DNA of 64,000 nucleotides, from assembly GCA_965215015.1 (NCBI GenBank), contig OZ244042.1:5152001-5216000 (forward strand), given 5' to 3'. The stretch is from Candidatus Poribacteria bacterium (GTDB lineage: Bacteria > Poribacteria > WGA-4E > PCPOR2b). Position 1 is the first letter of the stretch, and every line of letters begins with the position of its first letter. A model generated the notes under the pieces. That model was not told the DNA's origin and searched no databases. It saw only the letters and a program-made list of their open reading frames with translations. Positions 1 to 10,339 of this stretch are shown in pieces. The position numbers and the translations under genes are program-made.

Positions 1-62
1 TGGCGTAAGGGGGTTGTCCTATCCGAATCGAGCCTGTCACTGATTTCGATCTGAAGCATACG

Positions 63-887
63 TTGGAGTGTGGGCAATCATTCCGCTGGCAGCCAATCAA
101 CGACTGGTACTACGGCGTTGTTGAGGGTAGGCAGCTGAAGATACGTCAGGAAAAGCAGACACTGATTGTCGAAAGTTCCGACGATGAACAACCGAATCAA
201 CTAAAAGCTTTCCTCCACCACTACCTGGACCTGAACCGGAATCTACCAGCGATTCTAAAGGCTGTGAACATTGATCCGTTCATCCATCGCTCGATTGAAA
301 CGTTCTGGGGGATGCGGATTTTGAACCAAGAGGTGTGGGAGTGCCTAGCGTCGTTCATCCTGTCACAGAATAATAACGTGCCCCGAATTAAGGGGATAAT
401 CCGCACAATCTCGGCACGGTTCGGGGAAAAAATTACCTTTCAGGATTCGGTCGATTACTCTTTCCCGACACCCCAAGCCCTCGCCAAAGCCGGTGTTGAG
501 GCGTTGTACGATTGTCGGCTGGGGTATCGCGCCCCTTATCTGTGGACGGTTTCATCGGCAATCACAGCAGGGAAATTCGATCTTGAGGCTTTGAAGAGCC
601 TGCCTTACACCAAAGCGAAACAAGAGTTGATGGGCTTCAAAGGAATTGGTGAGAAGGTCGCTGACTGCATCTGCCTATTTTCGTTAGGGCATGTTCAAGC
701 CCTGCCCATTGATGTGTGGGTGAAACGGATTATAGAGCAGCTTTACCTCAAACGCAAGGCCTCGATCCGTGAGATCCGTCAGTTTGCTGAAAACTATTTT
801 GGTGAACATCTCGGTTATGCCCAACAGTACCTTTTTCACTATGCCCGGACAGTTGGACTGGAAAATCTGCTAAAGAACGAAAGATAG
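63..887 (+). CDS. 8-oxoguanine DNA glycosylase/AP lyase (OGG1-like, HhH-GPD)
   Basis: N-terminal (DFDLKHT)LECGQSFRW; ILSQNNNVPRI; HhH motif FKGIGEKVADC; PIDVWV; GYAQQYLF. The frame stays open upstream to nt 9, so the true start is uncertain. Confidence 0.9.
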   Translation: MECGQSFRWQPINDWYYGVVEGRQLKIRQEKQTLIVESSDDEQPNQLKAFLHHYLDLNRNLPAILKAVNIDPFIHRSIETFWGMRILNQEVWECLASFILSQNNNVPRIKGIIRTISARFGEKITFQDSVDYSFPTPQALAKAGVEALYDCRLGYRAPYLWTVSSAITAGKFDLEALKSLPYTKAKQELMGFKGIGEKVADCICLFSLGHVQALPIDVWVKRIIEQLYLKRKASIREIRQFAENYFGEHLGYAQQYLFHYARTVGLENLLKNER

Positions 888-953
888 AAAGAAATTTTTG
901 ACTTCCCTAGCAGTAAACCATAGACAACCCTTCCCCGAAACCTTTAATCAGTC

Positions 954-1344
954 TAGGAGTTACGCACTTATAGTTTGTAATAGCGCGTTCATTGCGCCTC
1001 TTTAAGGCAGTAAGCATACGCTGTATGCCGTAATCCCCCGCCCCCTTGAGGGGGTGATACCCTGTCGGGATTCGAGGGGGGATGACACTATGGAGCGTAC
1101 CTACTACTGTCGGATGAATCGTGGTTGCCCGATGAATCGGGCAGCATAAATCCTTTAGATACCAGCAATGTTGCGCGACAGTGGACACCCAACACTGTTG
1201 TACAATGTTTATGGTTGGTTGAACCGGGACTGTCGCGCAACATAGTTGATATTTTCAATTCACCAAACACGGTCGCACAATATACCGGGTAGTTGAGGAG
1301 TCACCGAACCACGAGGGTTTGAACGTTCAACTGCCTAAATCCTA
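954..1344. mobile_element. MITE-like composite bounded by TAGGAGTTACGCA / TGCCTAAATCCTA, containing several REP-like hairpins
   Basis: Imperfect 13-bp terminal inverted repeats; the same ends recur at 10319-10331, 48472, 50691-50818 and 57158-57344. Confidence 0.55.
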
Positions 1345-1369
1345 CAGTCAAAAAAAACAGGAGGTTCAA

Positions 1370-1921
1370 ATGCTTGAAGATTTACGCGAAAATGTACTTA
1401 CATTGTTAGAAGAGCGCGTTGAACGCGCCATTGAGACTATCAACCGCCTCAGGGAAGAGAAATTAACACTGGAATCTGAAAGCAATCAGCTCCGTAACGA
1501 GTTGGATCAGCGAGATGTACAGATTCAAAACCTCGAACAACGGAATGCTGAATTAAACCATTTTGAATCAGAGTTACAGGCACTTCAGAACCAGCGTGAA
1601 CAGGAGCGGCTTGAGGTAGATCAGGAAAAAGCGGAAGTCCGCGAGCGCCTTGAAGGGCTCATGACAATGCTCAACAATGTTGAGAACAGATCAGAAAATC
1701 AGGAAGCGGTGCAACCTAGCGTTCCTGACCATAGCTCTGAAACAGTTGATGAGGAAGAGCGACAGGAAGCGGAACGCCCCAGCTCTCCCACCGACATACT
1801 CTTGATACCTACGACACTGCTAGAGCCGCAGGAAGTAGACCAGCCAAGCAATCCTGATCGCACATCTGAAGGAACGGATTCTGAAGAAACGGATGAGGAC
1901 GAGGAGACGGAATTCGCTTAA
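1370..1921 (+). CDS. ZapB-like coiled-coil protein with acidic disordered tail
   Basis: RBS CAGGAGG before ATG 1370; LEERVERAIETINRLREE heptads ...VRERLEGLM; Glu/Asp/Pro-rich C-terminus. Confidence 0.6.
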   Translation: MLEDLRENVLTLLEERVERAIETINRLREEKLTLESESNQLRNELDQRDVQIQNLEQRNAELNHFESELQALQNQREQERLEVDQEKAEVRERLEGLMTMLNNVENRSENQEAVQPSVPDHSSETVDEEERQEAERPSSPTDILLIPTTLLEPQEVDQPSNPDRTSEGTDSEETDEDEETEFA

Positions 1922-1997
1922 TACTCACCTACCAACGAACTGTCCGAAAAAATGGAACCAACAACGTGCCGTGATTAATCTATCAGGAACACTAGAC

Positions 1998-2552
1998 ATG
2001 GCCTCTCCGACGCTTTTGTGCGGTAGTCGGGTCCGACTCACAGCGTTAACGCAAATTGACCTCCCAACCGTTACCCAATGGTATCAGAATCCCGAATTCT
2101 TGCGACTATTTGACGCCCTCCCCGCTTATCCCAAAACTGAGCCGGTGTTGGCGCAGTGGCTGGCCAATACGCATCAAGCAACTGACACTTTTCTTTTTGC
2201 CATTCGACCCCTTGACGACGATGTGCTGATTGGCTACGTTGAACTCGACGGGATTCTGTGGACACATCGGGTGAGCGGCGTAAGCATCGCCATCGGGGAG
2301 GTAAAGCACTGGGGAAAAGGCTACGGATATGAGGTCATGCAACTTGTGCTCCGATTTGCCTTTGATGAACTCAATTTGCATCGCATCCAACTCACGGTGT
2401 TTAGCTACAATGAGCGCGCCATCGCGCTGTATGAAAAGTTGGGTTTTCAGCGGGAGGGGGTACATCGGGAACACTTACAGTGTGATGGCAAACGCTATGA
2501 TATGTATCTGTATGGCCTCCTCCGCTCTGAATGGGAAACAGGTTTGAAATGA
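1998..2552 (+). CDS. GNAT N-acetyltransferase, RimJ/RimL family
   Basis: HWGKGYG acetyl-CoA motif, FAFDELNLHRI, NERAIALYEKLGF. Confidence 0.9.
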   Translation: MASPTLLCGSRVRLTALTQIDLPTVTQWYQNPEFLRLFDALPAYPKTEPVLAQWLANTHQATDTFLFAIRPLDDDVLIGYVELDGILWTHRVSGVSIAIGEVKHWGKGYGYEVMQLVLRFAFDELNLHRIQLTVFSYNERAIALYEKLGFQREGVHREHLQCDGKRYDMYLYGLLRSEWETGLK

Positions 2553-2589
2553 GAGTAGATGCTTGACAGGGCTTAAAAGAGAAAATCGA

Positions 2590-2784
2590 CTGGGAATGCC
2601 AGCGCAAGATGCAAGGTAACAACTCAACCTTATTGCGGAGCAAAAAAACAAAATCGCCCATGAGGCGGATATGGATTCAACTCCTCATGATACCCGATGG
2701 CCCATTGATGAAGCTTCAGCAGAGGATGCAATCAACTTTATCGAACAGATTACCGTGGCAATACATGACCTATTAACAACCTGA
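2590..2784 (+). pseudogene. C-terminal remnant of a HEPN-domain protein (RiboL-PSP-HEPN-like)
   Basis: Hand translation LGMPAQDAR*QLNLIAEQKNKIAHEADMDSTPHDTRWPIDEASAEDAINFIEQI; in-frame TAA at 2617; eroded RxxxxH motif (KNKIAH). Confidence 0.55.
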
Positions 2785-2798
2785 AAAGGAGAGAAAAT

Positions 2799-3689
2799 AT
2801 GCCATTAAAAACTGTTGGCCTTCTGAGTCCCGGTGACATGGGACATACTGTGGGGCACGTCCTGGTTACACACGGCCTGCGCGTGATTACCTGTCTTAAG
2901 GGGAGAAGTGAACGGACCCGAACCCTCGCAGAAAGCGTGAAGATTGAAGATGTGCCGACGTATCAAGCCCTTGTGAATGAAGCAGAAATTATCTTGTCAA
3001 TTATGGTGCCGGCGGAAGCCAAGGGAGCCGCTCAAGCGGTTGCGGACGCGCTTGCCGAAACGAAGACAGATCTCACCTACGTTGACTGTAACGCAATCGC
3101 CCCGCAAACCACGCGCCAACTAGATGAAATCATCACGGAAGCCGGTGGCCGTTTTGTTGATGCGTCAATCATCGGTCCTCCGCCCCGAAAACCGGGGGCA
3201 ACCCGTTTCTACGCCTCAGGAACCCATGTTGATGATTTTGAAGCGTTGACGCAATTCGGGCTCGATGTTCGGCCCCTTGGCGATCAGATTGGGTTGGCTT
3301 CGGCGATTAAGATGTGCTACGCCTCTTTGACAAAAGGACTGACCGCACTTTGCACAGAACTGCTGACTGCTGCAGAGCTGCTGGGGGTGTCTGAAGCCCT
3401 CAAAGCGGAGTTTCAGATGAGTCAAGCTGCGCTGTATCAACGGATGGAAGGAGGACTGCCGGGGATGCCACCGAAGGCCAGACGTTGGATCGGTGAGATG
3501 GAAGAGATTTCGGCGACGTTCGGTCATGTCGGCTTGACACCAAAAATTCTAGCGGGGGTAGCGGATATGTACCGATTGGTCGGGAAGACGCACCTCGCGG
3601 ACTTACCCCCTGAAAATTCGGAGGCGTTCCCAGAGCTATCAGAAATGATTTCAATCTTAGCGGATTGCGTGAAAAAGGATGAGCAATAA
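2799..3689 (+). CDS. NAD(P)-dependent dehydrogenase, 6PGDH/3-hydroxyisobutyrate-DH-like (DUF1932-type)
   Basis: GLLSPGDMG Rossmann motif, DCNAIAP, ASAIKMCYA, RRWIGEMEEI. Confidence 0.85.
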   Translation: MPLKTVGLLSPGDMGHTVGHVLVTHGLRVITCLKGRSERTRTLAESVKIEDVPTYQALVNEAEIILSIMVPAEAKGAAQAVADALAETKTDLTYVDCNAIAPQTTRQLDEIITEAGGRFVDASIIGPPPRKPGATRFYASGTHVDDFEALTQFGLDVRPLGDQIGLASAIKMCYASLTKGLTALCTELLTAAELLGVSEALKAEFQMSQAALYQRMEGGLPGMPPKARRWIGEMEEISATFGHVGLTPKILAGVADMYRLVGKTHLADLPPENSEAFPELSEMISILADCVKKDEQ

Positions 3690-3768
3690 CGAAATGGCGG
3701 CATCTAGCCAAACTGAAAATGAATTTCAAAAGTGAAAGGACGCTTACCCCCGAAGTATAGAAAAAACT

Positions 3769-6700
3769 ATGGATATGAACTCGAATCCTTCGCTAGAGTT
3801 TTCACCGGGGCAGATTGTCTGCTTGAAATCAGACCCATCTGTTCGGGGAGCAGTCGTTGATGTATTACCGGGCAACCCTGAAAAGCGGGTTAACGTTTTT
3901 ATTAATGATAACATTCAGCGGTTTTATGCATCTCAGTTGCAGTTAGAGCAACAACCTAGAGAAGATTTACAGCATCTTTCTCGCGATGAGTTTCACGCCT
4001 ACCTGACCGCGCTTCAAATCCTCCACCCCGGACTATCAACTTTTTACTCGCTTAACACCGCGGGCATTGATTTTATCCCGTATCAGTACCGTCCTGTACT
4101 GAAATTCATCAGATCCGACCGACCGAGGCTACTCATCGCTGATAGCGTTGGTGTCGGAAAAACGATTGAGGCAGGACTGATTCTCCGAGAGTTGCAGGCG
4201 CGCCACGCTATCAAATCCGTCCTCATTATATGCCCCCGCCCCTTGGTCACTGAGGAAAAGTGGCTACGAGAGATGAAACGGTTTGACGAAGACTTCCAGC
4301 ATCTGGATGGGAAACGCTTGCGGTATTGCATTAATGAAATGTATCGAGATGGCGAATGGCCTGAACAATACCAGAAGATTATTCTCGCCTATTCATTGTT
4401 AGATAGGGTGCTCCTTTATGGGCCAGAAGGCCAACGAAGGCGAAAGCGCGGACACGGACTTTTAGATTTGGATCCGCCCCCACGCTTTGATCTGGTGATT
4501 GTAGATGAGGCTCACCACATCCGAAACCAAGATACTGCTAATTACGAGGCGGTACGATTTTTCTGTGACCATGCAGAAGCGGCAGTCTTCCTGACCGCAA
4601 CTCCTATTCAGCTTGACAGTCGAGACCTGTTCGTTCTGCTCAACGTTCTCCGCCCAGACCTCATTCTGGATGAAGAGAGTTTCGAGCACATGGCAGAGCC
4701 GAATCCATTTATCAACCAAGCGGTTGATGCTGCGCGCTCGCAGGAGAAAGGTTGGACACGGCACATACGAGAAGCCTTTGATCGGGCAGCCACTACCGGC
4801 TGGGGAAAATCCATACTCAAAGAAAATCCGGAATTCAAGCGAATCCAAAATCAAATCGCAGAGGAATCTGTTACCAAGGAAAAACGGATCCAACTCATCA
4901 CAGATATTGAAGCACTATATACGTTTTCAGGGATACTCAATAGGACCCGCCGCCGGGATATCGGCGAGTTTACAATTCGCAAGCCGCAAACCGTAGAGGT
5001 TGAATTGACAACCGACCAAGCAGAACTTCATGAGACATTACTGGAAATACAAACGGAGATATTCCGCAAACTGCACGGCGATCAGAATGTCAAATTCATG
5101 ATGACGACGCTCCGCCGACAGCTGGCAAGTTGTCTATATGGACTTGAACCACTGCTTGAAGAAATTCTTAGCCGCCACCTTGATGAACTCGCTTGGGCGG
5201 AAGCGGATGTTACGGAATTAATATCCCTCGAAGGCACTGTAACACGAATTGAGGCCCAGGTTCAAGCGATTCTTGAAAAAGCGAAATCTATTAATTCGCA
5301 CGATTTGAAACTGGAGGCCCTCCGCAAGATTATTCAAGAAAGACAACTCCTACATAACAATAAAATTATGCTGTTCAGCAGTTTTCGCCATACGCTTGCC
5401 TATCTTTACAAACACCTAAAAGCGGATGGTGTTCGCGTCGGCATGATTCATGGCGGCGTTGCAGAGGAAGAACGCCTTGAGCTCCGCGATCGATTTGAAA
5501 AACCGAGAATAGAGCAGGATAGCCTTGACCTGATGCTATTTTCGGAGGTGGGGAGTGAAGGGTTGGATTATCAATTCTGTGATTGTATTGTCAATTATGA
5601 CCTGCCGTGGAATCCGATGCGAGTTGAGCAGCGGATAGGCCGTATTGACCGGAATGGTCAACACAGCGAGAGCGTTACTATTATCAACCTAATTACACCG
5701 GGCACCGTTGATGCCGAAATCTATGGGCGGTGTCTACTCCGCCTCGGTGTCTTTGAGGGTGCCCTCGGCGGTAGTGAGAAAATCCTCGGCGAAATCACAA
5801 AAGAGATTTACAATATTGCTGAAAATTTTACTTTGACCGATGCTGAGCGCAGTGAAAAATTTCAGCAGTTGGAGGACAACCAAATCCGGTTGATACAAGA
5901 ACAAGAACGATTGGAAGAAAGCGAATTGGAACTTTTTGGGCTACGCTTGCCTAAAGATCAGATGAAGCAGGATATTGATGACGCCTCCAGCTTCTGGTTA
6001 ACGCCGGCCTCAATCCAGCGGCTCGTTACGCTCTATCTGCGGCAGCAACTTGAGACAGATCAGGAATTTATCCTCGGTGAAAGGCCCCTCAAAACCCTCC
6101 GGCTTTCAGGGGAAGCGCGAAGCATCTTACTACAAGATTTTCAGCAACTCTCCAGAGAACGGAGCCCTATCTATCGGGAGTGGGAGAATTGGTTGAAGGG
6201 CACGGATCAACATTTGGCTATAACCTTTGAGGCAGATTGCAAGTTACACCAGCCCGAAGTGACACTTATCAATCTGGTGCACCCTTTGGTCAAGCAAGCA
6301 GCAAAGATACTGAATATAAAATCAGATGTCGTCACAGTGCTGAAGGTACACACCCAAGAAGTGCCTGCGGGACGTTACAAATTCGCAATGTACCAGTGGC
6401 ATTTTCACGGTATCAAAGAAGATTTGGAGCTCAGGTCAATTACCTTAGATGAGAAGTTGACACCACATCTCGACCGCCTTCTTGAGAAAGCAGTGGACCA
6501 CGAAGATTGGGAAACTAGCGAACCTTTCGCTTGGGACGAGGTGGATAAGCGACACTATCAACTGTGGACCGAAACTCTTGAAAAACATCAGCAAAATACC
6601 CGTGAATTGGCTGAGTACCGTAGAGAGAGCCTATCAACAAGTCATCAGGCACGGATAAATCTTCTTAAGTGCCAACTTGCACAGGTGGGCGATCCAAACA

Positions 6701-6843
6701 TCCAGCGGATGAGGAAATCCCAGATTGCCAGTGCCGAAGCTGACTACAATCGACGTATTCAGGAGTTGGACGCAGCAATGGCAAAAGCAGATATTACGAC
6801 AGAACTGGTGGCGTATGGAATTATGGAGGTATCAATAATATGA
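3769..6843 (+). CDS. SNF2/RapA-family SF2 helicase
   Basis: LLIADSVGVGKT, DEAHH, LTATP, SEGLDYQ, NYDLPWNPMRVEQRIGRIDR. Confidence 0.92.
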   Translation: MDMNSNPSLEFSPGQIVCLKSDPSVRGAVVDVLPGNPEKRVNVFINDNIQRFYASQLQLEQQPREDLQHLSRDEFHAYLTALQILHPGLSTFYSLNTAGIDFIPYQYRPVLKFIRSDRPRLLIADSVGVGKTIEAGLILRELQARHAIKSVLIICPRPLVTEEKWLREMKRFDEDFQHLDGKRLRYCINEMYRDGEWPEQYQKIILAYSLLDRVLLYGPEGQRRRKRGHGLLDLDPPPRFDLVIVDEAHHIRNQDTANYEAVRFFCDHAEAAVFLTATPIQLDSRDLFVLLNVLRPDLILDEESFEHMAEPNPFINQAVDAARSQEKGWTRHIREAFDRAATTGWGKSILKENPEFKRIQNQIAEESVTKEKRIQLITDIEALYTFSGILNRTRRRDIGEFTIRKPQTVEVELTTDQAELHETLLEIQTEIFRKLHGDQNVKFMMTTLRRQLASCLYGLEPLLEEILSRHLDELAWAEADVTELISLEGTVTRIEAQVQAILEKAKSINSHDLKLEALRKIIQERQLLHNNKIMLFSSFRHTLAYLYKHLKADGVRVGMIHGGVAEEERLELRDRFEKPRIEQDSLDLMLFSEVGSEGLDYQFCDCIVNYDLPWNPMRVEQRIGRIDRNGQHSESVTIINLITPGTVDAEIYGRCLLRLGVFEGALGGSEKILGEITKEIYNIAENFTLTDAERSEKFQQLEDNQIRLIQEQERLEESELELFGLRLPKDQMKQDIDDASSFWLTPASIQRLVTLYLRQQLETDQEFILGERPLKTLRLSGEARSILLQDFQQLSRERSPIYREWENWLKGTDQHLAITFEADCKLHQPEVTLINLVHPLVKQAAKILNIKSDVVTVLKVHTQEVPAGRYKFAMYQWHFHGIKEDLELRSITLDEKLTPHLDRLLEKAVDHEDWETSEPFAWDEVDKRHYQLWTETLEKHQQNTRELAEYRRESLSTSHQARINLLKCQLAQVGDPNIQRMRKSQIASAEADYNRRIQELDAAMAKADITTELVAYGIMEVSII

Positions 6844-9800
6844 AGTGTTTAATAAAAAATCGGACATTGACCAATGACCTGCATGAACTACGCAAAAAGC
6901 GTGAAGAGTGGGTTGAATCAAGCCACGAAAACGGTTTTACAGAGGGCATTAAGCACTTGCTCACGGATTTGTACCCAGACAATGCACACTTCATCTATGA
7001 ACTCCTTCAGAATGCAGAGGATGCAGGAGCCTCAGAAGTCCGGTTCGTGCTTACCGATAGTAGTGTCACATTTGAACATAACGGAAATCGTCTGTTTTCT
7101 GCAAAAGATGTAGATTCAATAACAAGTCTTGGTTCTAGCACCAAGAGAGACGACCCTACCAACATTGGCAAGTTTGGGATTGGCTTTAAAGCGGTATTCG
7201 CCTACACGACTACGCCAGAGATCGAATCCGGCGAATACCACTTTCGCATTCGAGACATGGTTGTGCCTGATACAGAGGAGCTAGATTCCGGGGCACTCGG
7301 TGAAAGGAAAACTCGTTTTATCTTTCCTTTCAATCACCCTAAAAAGCCTTCAGACAAAGCACGGACTGAGATAGAAAAAAATCTCCGGCAGTTAAACGAG
7401 AACACATTGCTGTTTCTCAGCAACATCCGCAAGATAGAATACGATTTACCTGACGATTCAGGCCGGGGATATTTGGAAAGGAGAGAAAATGAGCAAGATA
7501 GAAATCAAATTGAAATTTCCGCCAAGCGTCCAAGCGACCTAATATCTAATTCGACGCATTATCTCCGATTTGAGAAGGTTGTTTCCATTAGAGATGAGGA
7601 AGATGATAAACTCAAGGATTGTAGAATTGCAATTGCTTTTGGAATGGAGCATCCGGACGGCCGAGGTTGGAAAATTACGTCATTAAATTCAGGTCAGGTC
7701 TGCATCTATTTTCCTGCTATAAAGGAGACATCCAATCTTCGATTCCACCTACACGCGCCTTTTGCCTCAACTGTTGCACGGGACAGTATACGTGAATGCC
7801 CTAGTAACACCGAGCTTCTAAATCATCTCGCAAATTTGATTGCCGAATCAATGAGTGCTATTCGCGACCAGGGCCTATTGGATGTAGAGTTTCTTGCGGT
7901 TCTCCCCAATTATTGGGACTCTTTACCTGCCGCCTACCTCCCCATCCAGGAACGGTTAATTAAGGCATTTAAATATAAAAAACTAATACCTATGAAACAA
8001 GGCGGACATGCCGCTGCGTCGGGGATCTACCGCGAAGAATCACAATTATCTAGCTTGATTCAGGATGAAGATTTGGCCACGCTCCTCGGAAAAGACACAG
8101 CTCTGCCGCTATGGGTTGCCGAACCGCAAACATCGCAGAAGCGAGATGAAAGAGGGCAATTTACCCAAGACACCAATTCTCAACGACAAAACCAGAGAAT
8201 CGATGTTTTCCTAACCAGGTTGTGTATTTCTAAATGGACAATTGGGAACTTTATAGAAGTGCTAAAGGCCCCGGGCGATATAGCAACTGCATGGCTAAAG
8301 GAAAAATCGGACGCTTGGCATCAACGATTGTATGCATTACTGGGCGACTTTCTATCACGCTCCTCCTCATATTCTGACTCTGCACGCACCCTTTGCACCC
8401 TTAGCATTGTTCGCTGTAAGGATGGCAACTATAGGCCCGGAAGTAATTGCCACTTCTCCAGCGATGACGTAGAATCTGATGTCGGCACAGGGATTGAGAA
8501 GGAGAACCAATCTTTGATTCAAGAAGATGATGAGCGTGGGGGAAATTTCCATTACGTTGCCAAAGGCGTTTATTCAGCCGGGGAAAAGAAGGATCAGCAG
8601 GAAAAAGCCCGTAAGTTTCTTAAAACTATTGGAGTGCGTGAAGTTGACGAGGCAGAACAGGTTAAAATAATTTTGAAACAGCGATACGTGCCAGGTACAA
8701 TTGAACAACTTCCCAAGCCACATCACAAGCGAGATCTGGAGAGGTTCATTGCACTTGTAGAAAAGGAACCTGATAAGGCAGCTTTGTTCAAAGACTACTT
8801 AATCTTTGAACTAGATAACGGAGATTGGAGGCAACCCAATCATGCTTTCGTAGATTCTCCTTATCTTGATACTAGTTTGACAGTGTATTATGAAACTATT
8901 AGCAAATACACTGATGATTTCAGACGAGCCCTCTCCCCTGATTATAGTTATAGAAAATCTGGGATTTCCTCAGAAGGGCTCGGAAAATTTGCAGAGGCGG
9001 TAGGAGCTCAGACAAAACTGGAGGTTAAAAAGACAACGGTTCCCTGCTCTCATCCTGAAGGTCTCAAGACACTTGAAGGCAAGGAAGGGAATCACACAAG
9101 AATCGATCGGGACTACACTATCCCGCTATTCAAGCAATTCCTTAATCAACCCTCAATTAATAAAGCGAGGTTGATTTGGCGCACGATGAATTCCATGAAT
9201 AAAGAGTGCCTGGAAGCGTGTTTTCGTGGAAATTATCTATATCGATCCCGTGTTGGTGCGTCTAGTCTTGTGCATGATTTAAGGGGCGCAAAATGGGTGC
9301 CGCAGCAGAAAGATGGCACCTCTATCTCTTTTGTGTGTCCATGTGACGCATTACAGGAGTATCTTCCAGAAGGTTTCGCATGGCCTAAGGGCCCTCCACA
9401 CGACATGGGTGAAGAGTGGCTTAATGCGATTGAATTTGGTAAGATTGACAGAAAACAGAAAGCGGAATACCTCCAGCAGAATCAACGTGCTCGGGAAATG
9501 GGATTCAATTCGAGTGATGAAGCCGAGAAAATGGTGGAATTTTTGAACACTTTGAAGGCACGGGGGCAATCACCCGAGGAAGTGCTTGACGAAATTAGTA
9601 CCGAAAAACGGCGTGCGGAAGGGCTTATCATAGAACTCAGCAATGCTGAAGAAAAACAATACGAAATTCGAGCCAGAAACACTAGAGTCACTCTTAGTAC
9701 AATTGACCCTCGCACTTTCCTTCGGGAGCAATATACGAAATTCAACAATATGAAATGCCAAATGTGTAGACAGGAAATGCCGTTTAAGAAGCGCAATAGC

Positions 9801-10115
9801 GATGACGATTACTTTGAGGCAGTAGAGGCTCTCAGAAAAGATTACTTTCCCAAAGAACATGAGGCTCAACATCTAGCATTATGTCCAGAGTGTGCAGCAA
9901 AATATAAGGAATATGTGAAGAAGGACAGAACAGCGCGAAAAGACTTATATAACATTCTGAAAGATTCAGATAATCCCGATGTTCGCTTAGAATTGAACGA
10001 CTGTGTAATACACATTTGGTTTGACGAGAAGCACTGGAATGATCTGAAAACGATCTTATGCTATTACGAATGCTATTACGAAAATAGATATAAGGCCGAA
10101 GATTCCACCAATTAA
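6840..10115 (+). CDS. Sacsin-like GHKL ATPase with C-terminal HNH-like zinc-binding domain
   Basis: YELLQNAEDA, HNG, IGKFGIGFKAVF, T-x-F-x-F GHKL boxes; C-terminal CQMC...YFEAVE...HLALCPEC; ATGA overlap with the helicase stop. Confidence 0.8.
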   Translation: MKCLIKNRTLTNDLHELRKKREEWVESSHENGFTEGIKHLLTDLYPDNAHFIYELLQNAEDAGASEVRFVLTDSSVTFEHNGNRLFSAKDVDSITSLGSSTKRDDPTNIGKFGIGFKAVFAYTTTPEIESGEYHFRIRDMVVPDTEELDSGALGERKTRFIFPFNHPKKPSDKARTEIEKNLRQLNENTLLFLSNIRKIEYDLPDDSGRGYLERRENEQDRNQIEISAKRPSDLISNSTHYLRFEKVVSIRDEEDDKLKDCRIAIAFGMEHPDGRGWKITSLNSGQVCIYFPAIKETSNLRFHLHAPFASTVARDSIRECPSNTELLNHLANLIAESMSAIRDQGLLDVEFLAVLPNYWDSLPAAYLPIQERLIKAFKYKKLIPMKQGGHAAASGIYREESQLSSLIQDEDLATLLGKDTALPLWVAEPQTSQKRDERGQFTQDTNSQRQNQRIDVFLTRLCISKWTIGNFIEVLKAPGDIATAWLKEKSDAWHQRLYALLGDFLSRSSSYSDSARTLCTLSIVRCKDGNYRPGSNCHFSSDDVESDVGTGIEKENQSLIQEDDERGGNFHYVAKGVYSAGEKKDQQEKARKFLKTIGVREVDEAEQVKIILKQRYVPGTIEQLPKPHHKRDLERFIALVEKEPDKAALFKDYLIFELDNGDWRQPNHAFVDSPYLDTSLTVYYETISKYTDDFRRALSPDYSYRKSGISSEGLGKFAEAVGAQTKLEVKKTTVPCSHPEGLKTLEGKEGNHTRIDRDYTIPLFKQFLNQPSINKARLIWRTMNSMNKECLEACFRGNYLYRSRVGASSLVHDLRGAKWVPQQKDGTSISFVCPCDALQEYLPEGFAWPKGPPHDMGEEWLNAIEFGKIDRKQKAEYLQQNQRAREMGFNSSDEAEKMVEFLNTLKARGQSPEEVLDEISTEKRRAEGLIIELSNAEEKQYEIRARNTRVTLSTIDPRTFLREQYTKFNNMKCQMCRQEMPFKKRNSDDDYFEAVEALRKDYFPKEHEAQHLALCPECAAKYKEYVKKDRTARKDLYNILKDSDNPDVRLELNDCVIHIWFDEKHWNDLKTILCYYECYYENRYKAEDSTN

Positions 10116-10218
10116 GTGAGGGGTATTCATAATAAGAGGGATACCATCAGCCAACATTCGCTTAGGTGCCATGGAAGCATTTCTTTGTTGTCCTCCCCCC
10201 CTTGTGGGAGTTTAGAAG

Positions 10219-10331
10219 GGGCTATGATGTACCTTACTGTAGTTGCCCGATTTATCGGGGGGCGGCAACCGTTTCCAATGGCGATAAATCACCGAACTAC
10301 AAGGACCGACCGTTCAACTGCGTAACTCCTA
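10219..10331. repeat. REP/MITE element GTAGTTGCCCGAT...AACTAC...TCAACTGCGTAACTCCTA
   Basis: Homologous to 50724-50818. Confidence 0.6.
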
Positions 10332-10339
10332 ACCCCTAT

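Noticed and set aside
900-1345. 6S RNA or other ncRNA next to the zapB-like gene
   Set aside because: The structure is explained by REP/MITE repeats found elsewhere in the window.
3769-10115. DISARM, Zorya or BREX assignment
   Set aside because: The required partner genes (drmA/B/C, zorA/B, pglZ, a methyltransferase) are absent.
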